DNA of 32,000 nt from Candidatus Saccharimonadota bacterium (GTDB taxonomy: Bacteria; Bacteroidota; Bacteroidia; Cytophagales; Amoebophilaceae): contig NZ_CP022339.1 in assembly GCF_003351905.1 (NCBI RefSeq), forward strand, positions 360,001 through 392,000, read 5' to 3'. Of this stretch, positions 26,445 to 32,000 are shown piece after piece. The notes below the pieces were generated by a model, which worked only from the letters and a program-made list of their open reading frames with translations, searched no databases and was not told the origin of the DNA. A program made the translations under genes and the position numbers. Within the stretch, counting starts at the first letter, position 1. Each line of letters starts with the position of its first letter.

Positions 26445-26699
26445 GTATCTGTTCACATTACTGATTAATAATGAACTTTATCCCCCTTTTTTCTTGATAA
26501 AAAAGTGGACAAAAAATCAAGCCCTCGGTAAAAAGTCGCTGAAAGTGGCATCTTACAGATGGAAAAACAGAAAGCGCCCACTACGTGGGCTTTTAATGAA
26601 CTGTTTTTCCTAATCATCTCTCAGATGCCACTTTCTACACCGCTACTTTTTACAGGGGCGGTTTTTTTGAAGCAAAAAACCATCGCGCTGAATACATAC
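26445..26699 (+). mobile_element. palindromic repeat element, copy D (full length, same orientation as copy A)
   Basis: GTATCTGTTCA at 26445-26455 and TGAATACATAC at 26689-26699 (2 mismatches to the consensus terminus). AT hairpin at 26486-26505. Hairpin arms at 26521-26659 centred on GCCCAC-TAC-GTGGGC (26576-26590), followed by GGTTTTTTT. Confidence 0.8.
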
Positions 26700-26744
26700 A
26701 TTTGAAGCAATCAGCCTATTATATTTAATTCACGCGACATCAGC

Positions 26745-28562
26745 TTAATGATGCGACTTGGTCGCTCTTTTTCGTTCATTAGGGTCTAATATTGCTTTGC
26801 GTAAACGGATAGATTTTGGTGTTACCTCTACGCGTTCATCATCTTTTATATAAGTAATCGCTTCTTCTAAGGTCATCACAACAGGTGGGCTTAACCGAAT
26901 AGATTCGTCCGAACTTGATGCACGCATATTGGTAAGCTGTTTTCCTTTTAATAGGTTCACTTCTAGGTCATTATCTCTATTGTGTTCCCCTATAATCATG
27001 CCACCATATACCTTTTCACCTGCACCAATAAACATTTTACCCCGATCCGCTAAATTAAAAAGTGCATAAGCAACTGCGTCACCCATACCCATAGAAATAA
27101 GTACCCCATTGCGTCGTCCAGCAATAGTGCCCCGATAGGGGCCATAGCTATGAAAGGTCCTATTCATAATACCAGTACCCCTCGTCTCCGTAAGAAAGGT
27201 GCCATAATAACCAATTAAACCACGTGAAGGCCCAACAAAAATGATGCGTGTTTTTCCCCCGCCCATCGGACGTAGGTCCCTCATTTCTGCTTTGCGCAAA
27301 CTCATAGATTCAATGACAGCCCCTGAAAATGCATCATCTACTTCTATTTGAATCTCCTCTAGTGGCTCTAGTTTTTCACCATTATCGCCTAGTTTAATTA
27401 ATACACGGGGCCTGCTAATAGAAAGCTCAAACCCCTCTCTTCGCATCGTTTCTATTAAAACACCTAACTGTAATTCACCACGCCCAGCTACTTCAAAAGA
27501 ATCTTTATTAGGACTTTCAGTCACTTGAATAGAGACATTGGATTCCAGCTCACGCATGAGCCGATCCCGTAGGGCATTAAACGTCACTTTACTCCCTTCC
27601 GTTCCAGCTAGTGGAGCATCATTCACTGAAAAGTTAATGGCTAGTGTAGGTGGGTCTATAGGAAGGGCCGGTAAGGCTTTCATCACAATAGATGCACAAA
27701 CGGTATCGGCTACGTTGGCACGTTGCATCCCTGCAATCGCCACAATATCACCAGCATATGCAGTTTCAATCGGCACATGGTCCATGCCGCGGAAAGCCAT
27801 AATTTTGGTTACCTTACCATTTTCTACTACTACGTCGTCTTTATTAAGCGCTTTAATGGCTTGTTGTACTTTTAAACTGCCTGTAAAGATACGTCCTGTC
27901 AACATGCGACCTAGATAAGGGTCATATTCTCTTGCCGTTATAAGCATAGAAAAATCACTATTTAAATCCACAGTTGGCGCAGGTACATGGTCTAGAATCA
28001 GATCAAACAAGGGAGATAGGTCTTTGCGCTCTGCATCTAATGTTCTACTGGCCCAACCTGACCTACCAGAAGCATAGACAATAGGAAAGTTAAATTGGGC
28101 TTCCGTCGCTTCAAGTGCCATAAAAAGCTCTAAGATTTCATCTTCCACTTCCCCTACGCGTGCATCTGACCGATCAATTTTATTGACCACTACAATAGGA
28201 CGCAACCCTAACTTTAATGCTTTACTTAAAACGAACTTAGTTTGAGGCATCGTCCCTTCTGCTGCATCCACCAATAAGAGTACACCATCTACCATACTTA
28301 AGATGCGCTCTACCTCGCCACCAAAGTCAGCGTGACCCGGTGTATCTACAATGTTGATGCGGGTATCTTTCCAAACTAAAGAGGTACACTTAGCCAAAAT
28401 CGTAATGCCACGCTCCCGCTCTAAATCATTGGAGTCCATTACCCGTTCTGCTACTTCTTGATGGGCTCTAAATGTGCCGCTTTGCTTTAATAAGTTGTCT
28501 AATAAGGTTGTTTTCCCGTGGTCTACGTGTGCGATAATGGCAATATTACGTAATGGTTGCAT
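26745..28562 (-). CDS. typA: translational GTPase TypA/BipA
   Basis: 605 aa. G1 [10 protein letters not shown]3 [15 protein letters not shown]4 NKIDR, with EF-G-like domains and a BipA-specific C-terminus. Confidence 0.95.
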   Translation of the reverse strand: MQPLRNIAIIAHVDHGKTTLLDNLLKQSGTFRAHQEVAERVMDSNDLERERGITILAKCTSLVWKDTRINIVDTPGHADFGGEVERILSMVDGVLLLVDAAEGTMPQTKFVLSKALKLGLRPIVVVNKIDRSDARVGEVEDEILELFMALEATEAQFNFPIVYASGRSGWASRTLDAERKDLSPLFDLILDHVPAPTVDLNSDFSMLITAREYDPYLGRMLTGRIFTGSLKVQQAIKALNKDDVVVENGKVTKIMAFRGMDHVPIETAYAGDIVAIAGMQRANVADTVCASIVMKALPALPIDPPTLAINFSVNDAPLAGTEGSKVTFNALRDRLMRELESNVSIQVTESPNKDSFEVAGRGELQLGVLIETMRREGFELSISRPRVLIKLGDNGEKLEPLEEIQIEVDDAFSGAVIESMSLRKAEMRDLRPMGGGKTRIIFVGPSRGLIGYYGTFLTETRGTGIMNRTFHSYGPYRGTIAGRRNGVLISMGMGDAVAYALFNLADRGKMFIGAGEKVYGGMIIGEHNRDNDLEVNLLKGKQLTNMRASSSDESIRLSPPVVMTLEEAITYIKDDERVEVTPKSIRLRKAILDPNERKRATKSHH

Positions 28563-28668
28563 GTAATGTTTTATTTTAATAGATGTTTAGGTTACTGTTT
28601 TTTTTAAAACAAGACCAAGGTAAAAAAGAGTGGTCTATCTATATGCAACCGTGCTAGAGCGCATAGCG

Positions 28669-29376
28669 TCAAAGCATCCCTTCATCAGAAAAACTGAAGT
28701 ATTTTCTGTCTGTAAAAATAATATGGTCTAGGAGCGTTACATCAAGCAATGCCCCCGCGTTTGTAATTGATTTGGTTAATGCAATATCGGTAGCGCTTGG
28801 CGTAATATTTCCAGAAGGATGGTTGTGTGCTAATATAATGGAAACAGCCTGATGGTCTAGTACCATTCTAAATAAGTATTTCGAATCTACAACGGTTCTA
28901 CTCGTACCTCCACTACTAATTTTTATTTTCTTGATGAGGTAATTGGCTCTATTGAGTAACAAAACCCAACACTCCTCTACCGACTTATCCGTTAAATCTG
29001 GTTGCAGTAGCCTATAAGCTTTAGCAGAACTGTTCACCAGTTCTTTTTTATGAACAGGCTCATACGCCCGCCTACGGGTAAGCTCCATAGCACAGACAAC
29101 CGCAATCGCTTTTGCTTCCCCTATACCTCTAAACCGTCGCAATTCTTGGACAGAACGCTTGGCCAGCTCTTGTAGGCTATTGCCATTTTCCTTTAAAATA
29201 TGCTGCGCCAATACGACAACACTCACGTTTCGGGTACCAGAGCCTATCAACACAGCCAAAAGCTCTGCATCCGTTAAACTAGAGGCGCCTTTATGTAATA
29301 ACTTTTCTCTTGGCCGGTCTTCCGGTGCCCAGTCTTGAATTTTAAGTGGAGCAGTTGCATATATCTCCGGTGCCAT
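28669..29376 (-). CDS. radC: RadC-family JAB/MPN domain protein (UPF0758)
   Basis: N-terminal RPREKLL...LSDAELLAVLIGSGT, an HhH-like FRGIGEAKA, and a C-terminal JAMM motif ILAHNHPSG...PS..D. Confidence 0.9.
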   Translation of the reverse strand: MAPEIYATAPLKIQDWAPEDRPREKLLHKGASSLTDAELLAVLIGSGTRNVSVVVLAQHILKENGNSLQELAKRSVQELRRFRGIGEAKAIAVVCAMELTRRRAYEPVHKKELVNSSAKAYRLLQPDLTDKSVEECWVLLLNRANYLIKKIKISSGGTSRTVVDSKYLFRMVLDHQAVSIILAHNHPSGNITPSATDIALTKSITNAGALLDVTLLDHIIFTDRKYFSFSDEGML

Positions 29377-29390
29377 ATCACTTAAGCCAT

Positions 29391-29657
29391 TTAGGCTGCA
29401 GCTATAGTTAACCTATTTACATATTTAGCAAGCTTGGCTTTGCTATTGGCACTTTTGTTTTTGTGCACTATATTTTTTGCTGCCAGCTTATCTAGCATAG
29501 CAAAAACCTTAGGTAATAACTGTTCTGCAGCAGTTTTATCGGTACATTTACTAACCTTTTTCATAAAGGTTCTACATGTTTTTAACTGATAACGGTTGCG
29601 AAGGTACTTCGTACGATTCGATCTTATGCGTTTTTCAGCTGATGGATGGTTTGCCAT
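29391..29657 (-). CDS. rpsT: 30S ribosomal protein S20
   Basis: 88-aa highly basic protein. MANHPSAEKRIRSNRTKYLRNRYQLKTCRT... matches the S20 N-terminal signature (H.SA.KR.R....R...N). Confidence 0.9.
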   Translation of the reverse strand: MANHPSAEKRIRSNRTKYLRNRYQLKTCRTFMKKVSKCTDKTAAEQLLPKVFAMLDKLAAKNIVHKNKSANSKAKLAKYVNRLTIAAA

Positions 29658-29727
29658 GTAATATAATTGAATTGAGATATTAAATATAATTTAATTGTAT
29701 GCAAGATACTACTTTTTTATATATCAT

Positions 29728-31020
29728 TCAATTATTGGATGGCCATGATATGCCCAACCGAAGCGCTGGTATTTCTTGGGAACGTGCGCTGACACCCACA
29801 AAAAAACGTTCAGTAAGCATATATTGTAGCGTAGCTACAAATTTGCCCCGCTGCTTTAATAGGTTGGATATGCCCTGCTCATAGGTCGTTTGTATGGTCG
29901 GTTTTTTGGAATCAGTTAGTTCGCACCCTAGTTGGAGTTGCATCAAACAACGCCCATAACGTATCTCATAGCCCAATAAGGGTGTAATTTCCATACCTGC
30001 CGCTGGCAGCATATTGGCTACCAAAGCTTGTTTATACCAGTTGTATCCTAACTCCATGGCACATAATAAGGCATTATGGGCGTTAATAGTAAAACTTAAT
30101 AATGCAGATCCTCTTAGAATCAAATGATATTTTTGGGTTTCTGGTAGTTGCCTACTGCTGCCAGCCAGGCTACAGTCTACTCTACTATTTGTTTGTTTGC
30201 TATACCTAATCAGTTTATTAGCTTCTTCCAAAAAAGGTGTTCTCTGGGTTGTATACCTTATACCTATACTGGCTAAAGGTGCAAACTTTACGGCTACCGT
30301 ATGATGCGCATTGTCGACAGGATTAGCTGGTTGCGCATTGGCGTGCTCAGGCGTGGTGATTGGGTTTGCCTTTGGTCTATGCTGCTTATTTTTAGTCCAC
30401 CAGTTGAGCAATAGGCCGATGCTAAAATTAAGTTGCCAAGAGGGTGTCAATAACCAGTGGTAAGTGATTTCCTTTATGGCTAAAAAACTATAACTTGGTT
30501 GGTATGGTCTTTGTGCCCATATACTGCCCTTCATTGCGCCAATATTGACTCTATTACCCCATGTAGATAGCGTGGCATCAGACTGATATAGTTCTATATA
30601 AGCTAAGATACCCCATATATTCGGGAATCTAAGCTGCTGCGCTTTTCCAAGTGCATATGGCAATAAAAAAGATAGGCCAATGCTTGGATAGGATTCTAGC
30701 TGCTTGGCAAAAAAGGAGTGGATATATAATATATCGAAATCAATCGTAGTAGGTATGACTACTAGCACCTGTTCATCAGACAATGAGGTAGCTGCATCAG
30801 TGGCATCACCATGCATATGCTTATGGAACGTCACCCCAGATCGCAACTGTATAGCACGTGGGTAGGGCTGCCAAGTCATATGGATTTTAGTTGGCAATGT
30901 GGTAGTGCCAAGATTGGCTTGTTCAACCGCTTTTGCTACACAAGGAAACAACCAAGTAGTAACCAAAAAAAAGCGTAATATATACTGAGATAAATTTGCT
31001 AGGTTCAAAGTATAGACCAT
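29728..31020 (-). CDS. hypothetical secreted protein, possibly an outer-membrane beta-barrel
   Basis: 430-aa ORF with a hydrophobic N-terminal signal-like segment (ILRFFLVTTWLFPCVAKA). It has alternating aromatic/polar stretches and an inserted P/A/N/H-rich loop (HRPKANPITTPEHANAQPANPVDNAHH). I recognise no family motif. Confidence 0.4.
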   Translation of the reverse strand: MVYTLNLANLSQYILRFFLVTTWLFPCVAKAVEQANLGTTTLPTKIHMTWQPYPRAIQLRSGVTFHKHMHGDATDAATSLSDEQVLVVIPTTIDFDILYIHSFFAKQLESYPSIGLSFLLPYALGKAQQLRFPNIWGILAYIELYQSDATLSTWGNRVNIGAMKGSIWAQRPYQPSYSFLAIKEITYHWLLTPSWQLNFSIGLLLNWWTKNKQHRPKANPITTPEHANAQPANPVDNAHHTVAVKFAPLASIGIRYTTQRTPFLEEANKLIRYSKQTNSRVDCSLAGSSRQLPETQKYHLILRGSALLSFTINAHNALLCAMELGYNWYKQALVANMLPAAGMEITPLLGYEIRYGRCLMQLQLGCELTDSKKPTIQTTYEQGISNLLKQRGKFVATLQYMLTERFFVGVSARSQEIPALRLGISWPSNN

Positions 31021-31098
31021 TAAAAATTAATAGGGCAATTGTATAACACAATATACGGCTGCCATTGGGCTAGCATATTACTATTTTTTGTTCAGAAA

Positions 31099-32000
31099 AT
31101 GAAAAAACATCCTTTCGTATATATTAAACCGGTTTATTTGCTCATCTTTTGCCAGCTTCCCTTAGAAGCTTGGTCTTGGGGCTTTTTTGCACACAAACAG
31201 ATTAACCGATATGCTATTACTACCCTGCCACCAGGTATATTTGCTTTTTATAAAGCCCATCTTACCTATTTGACCGAAAAAGCTGTAAATCCAGATAGGC
31301 GTAGGTATGTGATCAAAGGTGAAGCGCCCAAACACTTTATAGATCTTGAGGTCTACTACAGTAGCCTATTGAATGGACAAAAGCTTTCGTTTCATCAAGC
31401 TGTAGAACAATATGGCGATAAAATAGTAGCGGCACATGGCCATCTCCCCTGGGCTATATTAAATGCACACAAACAATTAACAGAAGCGTTTCAACATAAA
31501 GATACAGCTAAAATTCTAAAATGTTCAGCAGATTTAGGTCATTATATTGCTGATGCACATGTTCCTTTACATACTACACAAAACTACAATGGCCAAATGA
31601 CGGGCCAAGAAGGGCTGCATGCTTTATGGGAGACAAGATTGCCTGTTTTATTTTTCGACACCTATACCCTTTTTGTAGGCCAGGCTGTTTATATCCAGGA
31701 TCTAGTAGGCCATATATGGGATATTGTGCGAGAGTCTCATGCCTTAGTAAATACCGTATTGGATTTAGAAAAGCAGCTTTCTGCACAATATCCAGAAAAA
31801 TACAGTTTTGAACAAACCGGTAATCTATTAAAAAAACAATATTCCATTGCATTTTCTACTGCTTACCATCAAGCGTTGCAAGGGCAGGTGGAAGCCCGCT
31901 TGCAAAAATCTATTATAGAAGTAGGAAGTTTTTGGTTTACCGCTTGGATCAACGCAGGTGCGCCCAGCTTAAATGATCTACATACCGCTATAGCTATGCA
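31099..32000 (+). CDS. zinc-dependent phospholipase C / S1-P1 nuclease-fold superfamily protein (5' part; runs off window end)
   Basis: Not in the track because there is no stop in the window. The hand translation is open from ATG 31099 to 32000: MKKHPFVYIKPVYLLIFCQLPLEAWSWGFFAHKQINRYAITTLP...NPDRRRY...APKHFIDLE...HGHLPWAI...LGHYIADAHVPLHTTQNYNGQ...GLHALWE. His/Asp metal-ligand spacing after a signal peptide is typical of this fold. Confidence 0.6.
   Translation, partial: MKKHPFVYIKPVYLLIFCQLPLEAWSWGFFAHKQINRYAITTLPPGIFAFYKAHLTYLTEKAVNPDRRRYVIKGEAPKHFIDLEVYYSSLLNGQKLSFHQAVEQYGDKIVAAHGHLPWAILNAHKQLTEAFQHKDTAKILKCSADLGHYIADAHVPLHTTQNYNGQMTGQEGLHALWETRLPVLFFDTYTLFVGQAVYIQDLVGHIWDIVRESHALVNTVLDLEKQLSAQYPEKYSFEQTGNLLKKQYSIAFSTAYHQALQGQVEARLQKSIIEVGSFWFTAWINAGAPSLNDLHTAIAM

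Noticed and set aside
6201-26699. The recurring repeats as a CRISPR array or other regularly spaced repeat system
   Set aside because: The copies are 250-380 bp long, kilobases apart, in both orientations, and separated by housekeeping genes. There are no short 25-40 bp direct repeats with uniform spacers, and no cas genes are present.
28612-28636. Hairpin AGACCA-N13-TGGTCT downstream of radC as an intrinsic terminator
   Set aside because: The stem is only 6 bp with a 13-nt loop, followed on the minus strand by a weak TGTTTT run. That is too weak to report as a feature without transcript data.

Overview
This window looks like a chromosomal segment from an AT-rich, reduced-genome Bacteroidota, probably an intracellular symbiont of the Amoebophilus/Cardinium type. 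That placement is an inference from protein types, ankyrin genes and frequent A9 tracts; no search was run. Most of it is housekeeping backbone: xerD (partial), tRNA-Asn, a PlsC-like acyltransferase, grpE-dnaJ, dnaX, a NeuD-type acetyltransferase, lptD, an lptF/G permease, tRNA-Met(CAT), trmD, a PAP2 phosphatase, floA, nrdB-GNAT-nrdA, adk, obg, a Wzx-like flippase, typA, radC, rpsT, a secreted hypothetical protein and a Zn-PLC/S1-P1-like protein (partial). Accessory content is a three-ORF ankyrin/lipoprotein islet and two paralogous HTH genes wedged between lptD and lptF/G. The main non-genic signal is a dispersed noncoding palindromic repeat of about 250-300 bp. It has 11-bp terminal inverted repeats and a roughly 140-nt imperfect hairpin flanked by an A-tract and a T-tract. 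It occupies 3 of the 4 convergent gene junctions and none of the 5 divergent ones, so it may be a MITE-like mobile bidirectional terminator. Other notable points: dnaX is split at an A9 tract, with the tau-type C-terminus in the -1 frame. An ankyrin gene is broken by a 23-bp tandem duplication. GrpE has a cysteine-cluster N-terminal extension. The CAT tRNA has an initiator-like anticodon arm with a mismatch. No CRISPR array, rRNA, intact IS/transposase or prophage was seen. I found no multi-gene novel system that I can defend from sequence alone.
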